A stretch of DNA of 64,000 nucleotides from an uncultured Methanosarcinaceae archaeon (lineage in GTDB: Archaea; Halobacteriota; Methanosarcinia; Methanosarcinales; Methanosarcinaceae), in assembly GCA_963847185.1 (NCBI GenBank), contig CAWJYV010000008.1, positions 832,001 to 896,000 on the forward strand, written 5' to 3'. The notes under the pieces were generated by a model. It worked only from the letters and a program-made list of their open reading frames with translations, had not been told where the DNA came from and ran no database searches. Shown piece after piece: positions 38,484 to 47,840 of the stretch. Position 1 is the stretch's first letter; each line of letters opens with the position of its first letter. The position numbers and the translations under genes are program-made.

Positions 38484-39125
38484 TTAAGTTCTTTTTAATT
38501 CTTTTTTATACTCTACATATGAGTAAACAACTGTAATCCCTGCAGTAAAAAGGGCAGGTACGATGATGAAAAAGATAGCAAAGTCAGGAAATAAAGTTCC
38601 GAAGATAGAAATTATTCCTGCAGCCTTAAACAGTTTCCCTCCAAGCATGTTGGTTTTTTTCCACACTCTATCACTGCTCAGGGTCCAGGGAGTCCTGACG
38701 CCAATAAACCAGTTTCTTTCCGCATTTTCCATTAGAATTCCTATATAGTAAAACAGAATCCCCACTCCTGCAGGAAGCACGGCATTCGGACTGATCTGGA
38801 TTCCTATGTTCCAGAGAATTATCTGAAAATGGATAGCAACCATAAACAGAACAAAAATAATTATAAATCTGTCGTAATATTTCCTGAACTTTTCTATGTT
38901 TTCTTTCTTAGGGTCAATTCTGGGAATTATCAGGAATAGAGCTGCAAGGCCTGTGATTACTACAGGCATGAAAAAAAGTCCCCATAACTTCGACATATAC
39001 CCGTCTACTTCTCCTTTGGAGTTCCAGTGAGTTGCCATCTGCTCAGGAACCTGCGAATAGAAATGAATCGAAAGAATAAAGGAAATAAGGATAAGTCCTG
39101 CGACTATCAGGGTTGTTTTGCGCAT
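38484..39125 (-). CDS. SdpI/DUF1648 family membrane protein
   Basis: P..MATHWN..GEVDG, NWFIGVRTPWTLSSDRVWKKTN. Confidence 0.88.
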   Translation of the reverse strand: MRKTTLIVAGLILISFILSIHFYSQVPEQMATHWNSKGEVDGYMSKLWGLFFMPVVITGLAALFLIIPRIDPKKENIEKFRKYYDRFIIIFVLFMVAIHFQIILWNIGIQISPNAVLPAGVGILFYYIGILMENAERNWFIGVRTPWTLSSDRVWKKTNMLGGKLFKAAGIISIFGTLFPDFAIFFIIVPALFTAGITVVYSYVEYKKELKRT

Positions 39126-39675
39126 GTAAGGTTTTAGTATCCTTTCAGATATTTAAAAGTGTAGAGTATTAAAATGCATGAGATGCGTAGTATTCGCAAT
39201 TTACATGGTAAAATGTAGAGCTGGAAATCAAAATTTCAGGAATGGGAGTTCCATTTCCTTAAAACGTCATGCTATTTTACAGTAACCTTGTGGCCTTTAA
39301 ATGATCCTGTGATTTTCAAATGTTCTTATTCACACCCTCTGTGCGGTTCTTATTCTTAACCTGTTTGCGCGATGTTTTTCTCAGGTCTCATCCTGATTCT
39401 TCCTATTAATGCTGCAATTCCCCCAGAACAAGGAAAATCCTGTATGCCAGGGAAAGACAACTGCCTCTGCCAGGGGGTAATCAACAAGAGTATGCCAAGA
39501 GCTGAAAGGGAGTGTGGTCCGGCATAAAAGATGAAATCATCGAAATTTCATTTTCACTAAAGGCAAAAGGAAGAACTATGCTCATTATAAAAGAATAAAA
39601 TTCTAAAATTTAAAAGAGTAAATATCAAAAATTATGAAAGTTTCTACAAATTGCTTATTTAATTAGAAAAGATAA

Positions 39676-39747
39676 TGGACCGGTCGGGAATTGAACCCGA
39701 GGCCTCTACCATGCCAAGGTAGCGATCTTCCCCTGATCTACCGGCCC
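39676..39747 (-). tRNA. tRNA-Ala(GGC)
   Basis: GGGCCGG/CCGGTCC acceptor with G3-U70; anticodon arm CTACC-TTGGCAT-GGTAG; GGTTCAATTCC T arm. Confidence 0.96.
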
Positions 39748-39971
39748 ATTTAGATATGCTTTGTCAGCACTCCCTCATACACTCAGTATCGTATATAAAA
39801 CTGTCGCCATGATGGCTCTGCTTCCTGTAAATAAATTTTAAAATCTGAGATAATTCCAATATTCAAGCAAAAGTTATAAGTAGTAAATCGAGTATTAAAA
39901 GTGTTGTCGGATTGGGATGCTTTCCCAATAAAAAGCCTTTAACTTCCGATAATTCAAAAAAACTTACTTTC

Positions 39972-40048
39972 GGGCCCGTAGCTTAGCCTGGTGGAGCGCA
40001 CGGCTGATAACCGTGAGGTCCTGCGTTCGAATCGCAGCGGGCCCACCA
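39972..40048 (+). tRNA. tRNA-Ile(GAT), copy 1, CCA encoded
   Basis: Cloverleaf with anticodon arm CACGG-CTGATAA-CCGTG; GTTCGAATC T loop. Confidence 0.97.
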
Positions 40049-40111
40049 CAAATCAATTATCTCTTTTCGGAGAACTCTAAAAATCTTACTATTTATATAT
40101 CTCTTCATTCC

Positions 40112-40188
40112 GGGCCCGTAGCTTAGCCTGGTGGAGCGCACGGCTGATAACCGTGAGGTCCTGCGTTCGAATCGCAGCGGGCCCACCA
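40112..40188 (+). tRNA. tRNA-Ile(GAT), copy 2, identical
   Basis: Exact duplicate 140 bp downstream of copy 1. Confidence 0.97.
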
Positions 40189-40375
40189 CAATTTCTTTTT
40201 AATTCCTATTTTTCTTTCGTTTTTCTGTTCTTTTTCACTGTTTTTTACTCCATTTACTCTGTTTTCATTTTCTAGGTGTTCTCCTGTTCCAATCTAAAAA
40301 CAAAATAAATCACTGAAAGTGCAGAAAACGCGGAATAAAGAGAGCATGGACACAGTTTTTTTCAGCTCTTTCCAT

Positions 40376-40592
40376 CTCGACTTGCGCCTCGGGAGTACGC
40401 TGTCTGTTTCGCCTTGCTCAAGCAGACTAATTCATGGTTTAGAATCCAGAATTTCACTTCGTGATCACAGGAAATCGGAGATTTTCTGGAAGTTGCGATG
40501 TAATCGCAACAGAATGAGGTCCTTTTCACCTTGAATTACGATTCAGGATCATGCAATCTTTTTGCTGCTCTCAAGAGGACTAACTTATGGGT
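40376..40592 (-). repeat. Hairpin repeat element, locus C: composite, two heads with extra hairpins
   Basis: Minus strand: CCCATAAGTTAGTCCTCTTGAGAGCAGC...CCTGAATCGTAATTCAAGGTGAAAAGGAC...GTTGCGATTACATCGCAAC...CCATGAATTAGTCTGCTTGAGC...GCGTACTCCCGAGGCGCAAG. Confidence 0.85.
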
Positions 40593-41066
40593 GCGGTTTT
40601 TAGCGCTTTCCACGCTGATTTTTCTTTGGTTATAGAAACAAAAGCATATTTTTTGCATCCCTTAAAAGAGTGAAAATTTATGTTTTTCTGGCGTATGTAG
40701 TTTCTTTCTCCAAAAACTGAGTAAAGTGTGAAACTTACACCAAAAAACATAGTCTGATATTCGAATCCTGATAATCTGAAATTTGTATTGTGATAACTCG
40801 GATCCTGATAATTGAACCCTGATAGTTTGAGGCGTAATGGCTGAGTAAGTTTTCAAAAAAGTAAGCAATAAATGAACATTTGTAAAAAGCTTAACTTAAA
40901 AATGTTACCAAAGCAAAAAAGTTGACTAATACAAAAAAGTGTAGGGTAGGGGGAATCCCCTTTAAGACAGAATAGCTTTTAAACAGTAGAAATCGAGACA
41001 CTTTCGGTAATTACTTTCGGTAATATTGCATCTGACTTCAGGCCATTCCATTCCCTATCATAAATT

Positions 41067-41480
41067 TCAGGCAATGTGTTTCAGGCGTTCGATGTTCCTG
41101 AGCACAAGCTTGCTTTCGGCTATGATTTCTTCTTCGATCTTGCTGACAATACGGTCCATAGAGACTGTTAGCCTGTACAGCTTGATCGGTCTGCCTTTAC
41201 CTTTCGATTTTTTTTCTTCCCGAATGTAAATCCAGTCATTTTCGCGGAGGTACCGCATAGCAACACTGACTTCCGGTTGTCTCAGGCCTGATACCATTTC
41301 AATGCTCTGGGAAGATATTTCCCTTCCTTTTGCAAGGCAGGCGAGGGTAAGAGCAATTGGCCTGCTGACATTAATTCTTCTAAATAATTCAATCATTTCA
41401 TATTCTTTTGATCCCATTATGAGAGGGATCTCATCGTGTACGTTAGCAATTTCCATTGCTAAACCACTTTCATCTACCAT
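41067..41480 (-). CDS. Winged-helix transcriptional regulator (ArsR-like)
   Basis: ISSQSIEMVSGLRQPEVSVAMRYL HTH; KGRPIKLY wing. Confidence 0.88.
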   Translation of the reverse strand: MVDESGLAMEIANVHDEIPLIMGSKEYEMIELFRRINVSRPIALTLACLAKGREISSQSIEMVSGLRQPEVSVAMRYLRENDWIYIREEKKSKGKGRPIKLYRLTVSMDRIVSKIEEEIIAESKLVLRNIERLKHIA

Positions 41481-42061
41481 TAAATCACCCGAAGAACCAT
41501 TATAGAGTGAATTAATATAAATATTTACTTATGTTTTATTTTTTATATTTTTTAAATTATATTTTTAATTTATATTGTATCGGTGGTTCACATATTTCAC
41601 ATGACTTCTTATGATGCTGATTATCTCTTTTTGAAGGGGTTGACCAATTTCAGAGCTTATACAGTTCATGCTATACATACCATATTGTTTGAAAGTTGCT
41701 GTAAGGTTTCTTTCAGGAATAATAATCTTCTCATGAGATTCCTTTATGGCGCCTTGAATTTTTATTAAAATGTGAGTAGAACTCCTAAGCTATTGTTAGT
41801 TCTCAAAATAGAGTATTTCTTAAAACATGTTAAGATTGTTTGAAAATCCAGAATTTCCATGAAAATACTAATGGGGTATTTATTCTAAAAGATGAGGTAG
41901 CAATATAAAAGATATTATAATAGTATAATAGACTTTTCCATTTTTAACTAAAAGAAGGAATTTTATCCGGGTTATAAAACCCAGACATTAAGAAAATTAT
42001 GAAATTTTTATCGGAATTTTTGACTAGGTTTTCTTGGAAAGTCCAAGAGCTTTGTTAGTTA

Positions 42062-42463
42062 TCAGGTTAGATTCTTTAGACGTTCTATATTCTGGGTTAT
42101 GTTTCTGCTCTCAGCCATTACGTTTTCTTCAATTGCATCGATGATCGTTTCCATTGGGACTGTAAGTTTGTACAGTTTAACAGGTCTGCCTTTTCCTTGG
42201 TTCTTCTTTTCTTCCCTCATGTTTATCCAATCATTTTCTCGAAGATAACGCATTGCAATGCTGACTTCTGGCTGCCTTAAACCTGATACCATTTCAATGC
42301 ACTGGGAAGATATTTCCTCTCTTTTTGAGAGACACGCAAGGGTAAGTGCAACTGGCCTATTGATGTTGAGCCTTCTCAAAAGCTCTACCATTTCGTATTC
42401 AATCTCTCCCATTTTAAAATTATTTTCCTCTGATGTAAACTCATTATCTGCCACAACTATCAT
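42062..42463 (-). CDS. Winged-helix transcriptional regulator (ArsR-like), paralog
   Basis: ISSQCIEMVSGLRQPEVSIAMRYL; KGRPVKLY; closely similar to 41067-41480. Confidence 0.88.
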   Translation of the reverse strand: MIVVADNEFTSEENNFKMGEIEYEMVELLRRLNINRPVALTLACLSKREEISSQCIEMVSGLRQPEVSIAMRYLRENDWINMREEKKNQGKGRPVKLYKLTVPMETIIDAIEENVMAESRNITQNIERLKNLT

Positions 42464-43039
42464 CTACCGTCTAATCAGAAAAGTGATCCTTATTTACTTC
42501 TGACATTATTCTTTTATCAAATATTCTCAGATTAATAGAAATATATTAATTTAAATCAGTCCTTCCTTCATATCTTTATTATATTTAAATTATATATTTC
42601 TACTGATATGAGTTCTGGATTTGTGGGGGTATCTCACAAAATCTGTTTTTTCCGAATTGATTTAAATAATAATACTCTCTCTTCATATATATAATTATAT
42701 GCGCATAAAATCTTTTTAATTAAAATACTTTTTAAATTTTGCTCAATTATCTCTTCGAAAGTGCAGAGTGAAAATAATTTTTGATGTGCATAATCTGCAA
42801 CTTTTTTACAAATCTTCCTCAATATATATATAGGATAAAAGCATACTCAGCTATAGTGAGCTTTCTAATATATAAGGAAATTTGAATAGTTAAAAGGCGA
42901 AAAATATCTTGAATTATTCTCTTTCTCCTTCTATTTTGTCCTTTTTTTGTAACTACTTCTCAAATTCTGTCCTTATTGGGTCATTTTTACTCTCTGTTTC
43001 GGCAAGTCTTAAATATTAATCCCTATAAGATTTAATATA

Positions 43040-45451
43040 ATGAACGCTGCCCTGGACAAACCTGCTGTATTTATCTGCCATTGCAGTGGGAATATTTCCG
43101 AACACATTGACATCAGTTCTATTAAAAAAACCCTTAAGGCAGAAGGGGTCTCGGTCTTCGATTACGAGTATCTCTGTTCGAGCGAGGGACAGGCCCTGAT
43201 CAAAAATAAGATTTCAGATGGGAACCTGAACCGGATAGTTATAGGCTCTTGTACTCCTTCCAAACATGGTGCTCTCTTTAAAAAGTGTATCCAGGAGGCA
43301 GGACTTAATAGAGCAATGCTCGAAATTGCAAACCTCAGAGAACACTGTGCCTGGGTTCATCCAGATAAAACTGAAGCTACGGAAAAAGCTCTTTCACTTC
43401 TTCAGGGAAAACTCAAACGTCTGGAAAATAGCCAGCCACTCGACGAAATAAAAGTGAGCATTGCTCCAGAGGCACTTGTAATTGGAGGGGGAATTGCAGG
43501 GATCACTGCAGCAGTGAATCTTGCAGATAGTGGAATTTCCACCTACCTGGTTGAGAAAGATTCCAGTATTGGTGGAAATATGGCAAAAATAGGCAAGGTC
43601 TTTTCCCCTGATAAACTTGCGGAAGAGTGCGCAATGTGCTCACTGAGCCCTCTCATGAATGATGTGGTCTCTAATCCGAAGATAACCCTTCTGACCTGGA
43701 CTGAGGTGGAACGCTTAAGCGGAAGTGCCGGAAATTTCACAGTCCGTCTCAGGAAAAAGCCAAGGTATGTGAAGGATAATTGTACAGGGTGTGGCCGATG
43801 TAGCCGTGTTTGTCCTGTTCTGATTGAAAATGAATTCAACTGTGGGGCTATGGACAAAAAAGCAATTTCTTTGCGCTTTTCTCAATCAGTTCCCAAGACT
43901 TACTATATAGACTCTGATCACTGTCTGCAGCTGAATGGCGAAACATGCGGAAAATGTGCAGATGCCTGTAAATCCGGTGCAATTGATTTTTCGCAAAAGG
44001 AAGAAATTATTGAACTCAATGTCGGTGCAGTTATAGCTGCTACCGGCTTTGACGAGTATGATGCATCCCAGAAACCCCAGTACGGGTATGGGATTTTCAA
44101 AAACGTTATAACCCAGATGGAGCTTGCCCGAATTCTTGGAATCAATGGTCCTACAAAAGGGACGCTTCTCAAGCCTTCTGATTTCAGCAAGGTTTCAGAT
44201 ATTAAGCCGGCAGGCACCTGTGGAGATAATAGCTCATCTGATGAGACCTCTGATGAGTTACATGATGCTGGAAAACCTAAAAGAATCGTTATGATTCAGT
44301 GTGTAGGCTCAAGGGATGAAAAAGAAGGTGGAAATCGTTACTGTTCCAGATACTGCTGTATGGCAGCTTTGAAGCATTCGAGCCTGATACTCAAAAAATA
44401 TCCTGGTACAGAAATCACAATTTGCTATATTGATCTGCGAGCTTTTGGTTTCTATGAAAACTACTATCGGATGGTTCAGGACTTAGGAGTCCATTTTGTG
44501 AGGGGGAGGCCAGCCGAAATTCTGGAAAAACCAGATAAGAGCCTGGTTGTGAGGGTTGAAGATACTCTAGACCAGAGGATAAAAGAGATTCCTGCAGATC
44601 TCGTTGTACTTTCTTCGGCCATGGTACCTTCTCAGGGAACCAAAAAGATTGCAAGCATACTTAACCTGAGCCAGGACGAAAATGGATTTGTCAAAGAAAG
44701 ACACTCCAAACTAAAACCTGTAGACAGCTCACTTGATGGAGTATTTGTCTGTGGCACTGCTCAGGGCCCTAAAGATGTTACAGACACTATTTCCCAGGCA
44801 GGGCTTGCAGCTATAAGGGCTAAAGCTTTTATTACGGATAGTCCAAAGGCACTGACAAATGAAATCCCTATAGTTAATCAGCTACTCTGCACAAAATGTG
44901 AGGAATGTCTTAAATGTCCTTTCGAAGCTCTTTCGCTTAATAAGAGCGGTAGAATTGTCGTGGACCCGTTGATCTGCACTGGCTGCGGATACTGCGTTGA
45001 AGTCTGCCAAAGCGGCGCTATTCAGGTTGCAGGTTTCACTAAAAACCAGCTAAAAGCCGAAATTGAGGGCATACTTAACGAAGGGGACATGCTTGGCTTT
45101 GTAAATGGCGGGATTGCATCCCTTACCTGTGATAATATAGGTAACAGTGTACTTACCTATCCTTCAAATGTCAAATTAATCAAAGTACCTACAAGTTTGG
45201 TGCTGGATAAAGAATTATTACTTCATGCCTTCAAACACGGGGCTTCTTCAGTTATGTTTATAGAAGATCCGCCAGACAGCCCTAAAGCCGAAATCATATA
45301 TCCCTTAACTGTCAGGCACTTCGAGAAATTGAAAAAGGAAATGGGAGATTCAGGAAAGAGGCTCCATTTCAAAAAAGCCTATGTTCCAAATACGAAAGGG
45401 CTTGCAGGAGCTTTTACCAGCCTTTCCCGGGAAGGAGAGATGATTAGATGA
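43040..45451 (+). CDS. hdrA: Soluble heterodisulfide reductase subunit A (probably HdrA1 type) with degenerate C-terminal MvhD-like domain
   Basis: VFICHC..NI, NLREHCAWVH, IGGGIAG, QCVGSRD..YCSRYCC, VRGRP, GPKD, ferredoxin motifs. Confidence 0.93.
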   Translation: MNAALDKPAVFICHCSGNISEHIDISSIKKTLKAEGVSVFDYEYLCSSEGQALIKNKISDGNLNRIVIGSCTPSKHGALFKKCIQEAGLNRAMLEIANLREHCAWVHPDKTEATEKALSLLQGKLKRLENSQPLDEIKVSIAPEALVIGGGIAGITAAVNLADSGISTYLVEKDSSIGGNMAKIGKVFSPDKLAEECAMCSLSPLMNDVVSNPKITLLTWTEVERLSGSAGNFTVRLRKKPRYVKDNCTGCGRCSRVCPVLIENEFNCGAMDKKAISLRFSQSVPKTYYIDSDHCLQLNGETCGKCADACKSGAIDFSQKEEIIELNVGAVIAATGFDEYDASQKPQYGYGIFKNVITQMELARILGINGPTKGTLLKPSDFSKVSDIKPAGTCGDNSSSDETSDELHDAGKPKRIVMIQCVGSRDEKEGGNRYCSRYCCMAALKHSSLILKKYPGTEITICYIDLRAFGFYENYYRMVQDLGVHFVRGRPAEILEKPDKSLVVRVEDTLDQRIKEIPADLVVLSSAMVPSQGTKKIASILNLSQDENGFVKERHSKLKPVDSSLDGVFVCGTAQGPKDVTDTISQAGLAAIRAKAFITDSPKALTNEIPIVNQLLCTKCEECLKCPFEALSLNKSGRIVVDPLICTGCGYCVEVCQSGAIQVAGFTKNQLKAEIEGILNEGDMLGFVNGGIASLTCDNIGNSVLTYPSNVKLIKVPTSLVLDKELLLHAFKHGASSVMFIEDPPDSPKAEIIYPLTVRHFEKLKKEMGDSGKRLHFKKAYVPNTKGLAGAFTSLSREGEMIR

Positions 45452-46158
45452 TCCCTTATGTAAATGAATACGATACCCCAGAATGTAAATCCCTTGCAGA
45501 AACCGCAAAGAAAAGCATCCGGACTCCTGCCTCTCTGGGGCTTGACCGCTGCATTCAGTGTGGAGCCTGTACAGCCTCCTGTCCTGCGGCCCGTTTTACA
45601 GATTACAGCCCGCGCCAAATTGTAAAGAGGGTGCTTGAGAATGATCATAGTATACTCGAGTCCGAAATGATCTGGTCCTGTTTCTACTGCTATTCGTGTA
45701 ATGTACGCTGTCCCAGAAACAATAGTCCCGTAACAATAGTGCAGGTACTTCGGCAGATGGCTATTAACGAGGGTATAGGGGTTGAGAAACTTGGCTACTT
45801 TGTTGAGATTGGAGAATACCTTGCTGAGAACGGGGCAAGTAAAGTCCCAGGTGCTGGTATAAAGAATATGGAAAGAGATCTTGGAGAACGCTGGATCAAA
45901 TTCAAAAAGAATCTCGAACCAATCCGTGAAGAGCTTGGGCTAAGTGCCAGAGATGTCAGGAATACCCATGGAGAAGTTCAGGCTATTCTTGAGAGCACAG
46001 GGTACTTTGAAAGGGAAAAATGGATAAAAGCAAAAATACAGGAAAACCACGTTAATCAGCTCCTGAAAAACCGTTGTGTGAAAAAAGAAGGTAAACACGG
46101 AGATTTAGGCTTTGAAAACGATAGAGAATATACCAGACAGGCAGCTCTTATTATTTAA
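45448..46158 (+). CDS. hdrC: Heterodisulfide reductase subunit C
   Basis: CIQCGACTASCP and WSCFYCYSCNVRCPR; ATGA overlap with hdrA. Confidence 0.92.
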   Translation: MIPYVNEYDTPECKSLAETAKKSIRTPASLGLDRCIQCGACTASCPAARFTDYSPRQIVKRVLENDHSILESEMIWSCFYCYSCNVRCPRNNSPVTIVQVLRQMAINEGIGVEKLGYFVEIGEYLAENGASKVPGAGIKNMERDLGERWIKFKKNLEPIREELGLSARDVRNTHGEVQAILESTGYFEREKWIKAKIQENHVNQLLKNRCVKKEGKHGDLGFENDREYTRQAALII

Positions 46159-47056
46159 AAGTTGCATGGTCGGGCAGGAATACCCGGGAGTAGAAACTTC
46201 TACTCGTTACGTGTTTGATAGGCTTGGAGTAGATTACTTTATAAATGATGAGCAGTCCTGCTGCACAGGAATAGGACATTACACTGACATCTTTGAAGGG
46301 CTAACTACAACAGCTATTGCAGCCCGAAATTTTGCCATCGCTAAAAAATGCGGGCATCCAAATATAACCTGTCTCTGTTCAACCTGCTATGCCATAAACA
46401 AGGAAGCCTGTGAACTTCTTAATACCAACACTGAAGTCAGGGAAAAAGTTAATTCCATCTTCAGAGAAAAAGGTCTTTCTGATCTTGTTTACGAGAAAGA
46501 CGATATGGATCCGAGAGCAAACTTCTACCATGCCGTCGAGATCCTCTTAAGTAAAGTCAGCCAGATTGAGAAAGAGAAAAAGATAGACTTCTCAGGTGTC
46601 AAAGCTGCCGCTCACCATGCCTGCCACTATTATAAAGTCAAGTATTTAGACGTTCTCGGAAATCCTGAAAATCCTCAGCTCATAGATACCATAGCTGCAG
46701 CCTGCGGGGCCGAGCCTTTACGCTGGTACGAGGACAGAACTCTCACCTGCGGGATGGGTTTTTCCCAGCTTCATCTTAACAAAAACACCTCTCTTCAGGT
46801 GACAAAAACTAAGCTCGACAGCCTCCAGAGAGCAGGCGTAGAACTTATGATCCATATGTGCCCGAACTGCCATATTCAGTATGACCGTTACCAGCCAGTT
46901 ATAGAAAAAGAGTTTGGGGTAAAGTACAAAATGGTCCATATGAATATTGCCCAATTCGTGGCTATTTCAATGGGTGCGGATCCTTACAAAGTCTGTGGTT
47001 TCCATACCCATTCCGTGCCTCTTGAAGAATTTCTGGAAAAACATGGAATAATCTGA
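46112..47056 (+). CDS. hdrB: Heterodisulfide reductase subunit B
   Basis: CCG-domain motifs SC..QSCCTG..CSTC and HHACH..TCG..CPNCHIQYD; TTG start overlapping hdrC end. Confidence 0.92.
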   Translation: MKTIENIPDRQLLLFKSCMVGQEYPGVETSTRYVFDRLGVDYFINDEQSCCTGIGHYTDIFEGLTTTAIAARNFAIAKKCGHPNITCLCSTCYAINKEACELLNTNTEVREKVNSIFREKGLSDLVYEKDDMDPRANFYHAVEILLSKVSQIEKEKKIDFSGVKAAAHHACHYYKVKYLDVLGNPENPQLIDTIAAACGAEPLRWYEDRTLTCGMGFSQLHLNKNTSLQVTKTKLDSLQRAGVELMIHMCPNCHIQYDRYQPVIEKEFGVKYKMVHMNIAQFVAISMGADPYKVCGFHTHSVPLEEFLEKHGII

Positions 47057-47065
47057 AAAATCTCA

Positions 47066-47120
47066 GAAAACTTCTAATTTGAAAGCCTCTAATCTGAAAA
47101 CCTCTAATCTGAAAACTTCT
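47066..47120. repeat. 15 bp tandem repeat (GAAAACCTCTAATCT) about 3.5 copies
   Basis: Directly after hdrB stop and abutting hairpin element D. Confidence 0.8.
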
Positions 47121-47126
47121 GGCTCG

Positions 47127-47263
47127 CCCGAATTGCGCCTCGGGAGTGCGCCGTCCTTTTCCCACCAGAATTGCGCCTCTGGAGTACGCCGTCCTTTTCG
47201 CCCCGAATTGCGATTCGGGAGCCCGCTGTCCTTTTCGCTTCGCTCAAGAGGACTAATTTCTGG
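47127..47263 (-). repeat. Hairpin repeat element, locus D: head plus 3 diverged 37-38 bp units
   Basis: Minus strand: CCAGAAATTAGTCCTCTTGAGCGAAGCGAAAAGGAC with hairpins CCCGAATCGCAATTCGGG, CCAGAGGCGCAATTCTGG, CCCGAGGCGCAATTCGGG. Confidence 0.93.
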
Positions 47264-47840
47264 GACAGAAGTTTTCGTCTTTTCTTTGTGGAATATCTTA
47301 TAGTTAATCAGTCAGAGCTTGCGGGACAGCTGCTTCTTAAGTAAAAGAGTAGCTTTTTAGCGTTCCTAAAATGCCATGAATGTGTAGAATTTATACTACT
47401 GTATAAGGTATTTTGGCAGTATTTTTGTGTTTTAATTTTTATATCTCTGTTAATTTCTCAAGCTCATTCGCTAGATTTACCATATTGGCTGTCAGATTTC
47501 CAATTTTAGTCAGCAGGGCCCGATTGTCGTTATAACCTCTTGTTAGCCGGGTGCTGTTTGCAAGTACATTTGGTTAAACTTTATACTATAGTTATTTCTA
47601 TATTATGGGGTCTGTTCTACTCATTTAGCAAAACAGTGTTTGTCAACAGGAATTCATGGTATGGTGTGAAAATTTTATTAAAAGCACCTTGAATTCATAC
47701 TCTAATCTTTAAAAATATTTTTCAATAATATTTTTAACCTAAATATCCATTAAGTATATATATTTCATTATAGTGAGTTCAGGGATCTGAATTTCTCCCC
47801 ATCTATTCATCATTATTTCTTCTTGGACAGGAGGCTAACT

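Noticed and set aside
39320-39530. Short ORF or gene remnant upstream of sdpI (MFFSGLILILPINAA...)
   Set aside because: About 35 codons, no RBS or recognisable motif.
39676-40600. Integrated element at the tRNA cluster (duplicate tRNA-Ile as att site)
   Set aside because: Both tRNA-Ile copies are full length and only 63 bp apart; no integrase or distant partial tRNA copy seen.
40662-40868. 68-aa minus-strand ORF
   Set aside because: TTG start, no RBS, no recognisable composition or motif.
47300-47640. Possible structured RNA between hdrB and the aconitase-family gene
   Set aside because: Only short scattered stems found by eye; no SRP or RNase P motifs; cannot be supported without folding statistics.
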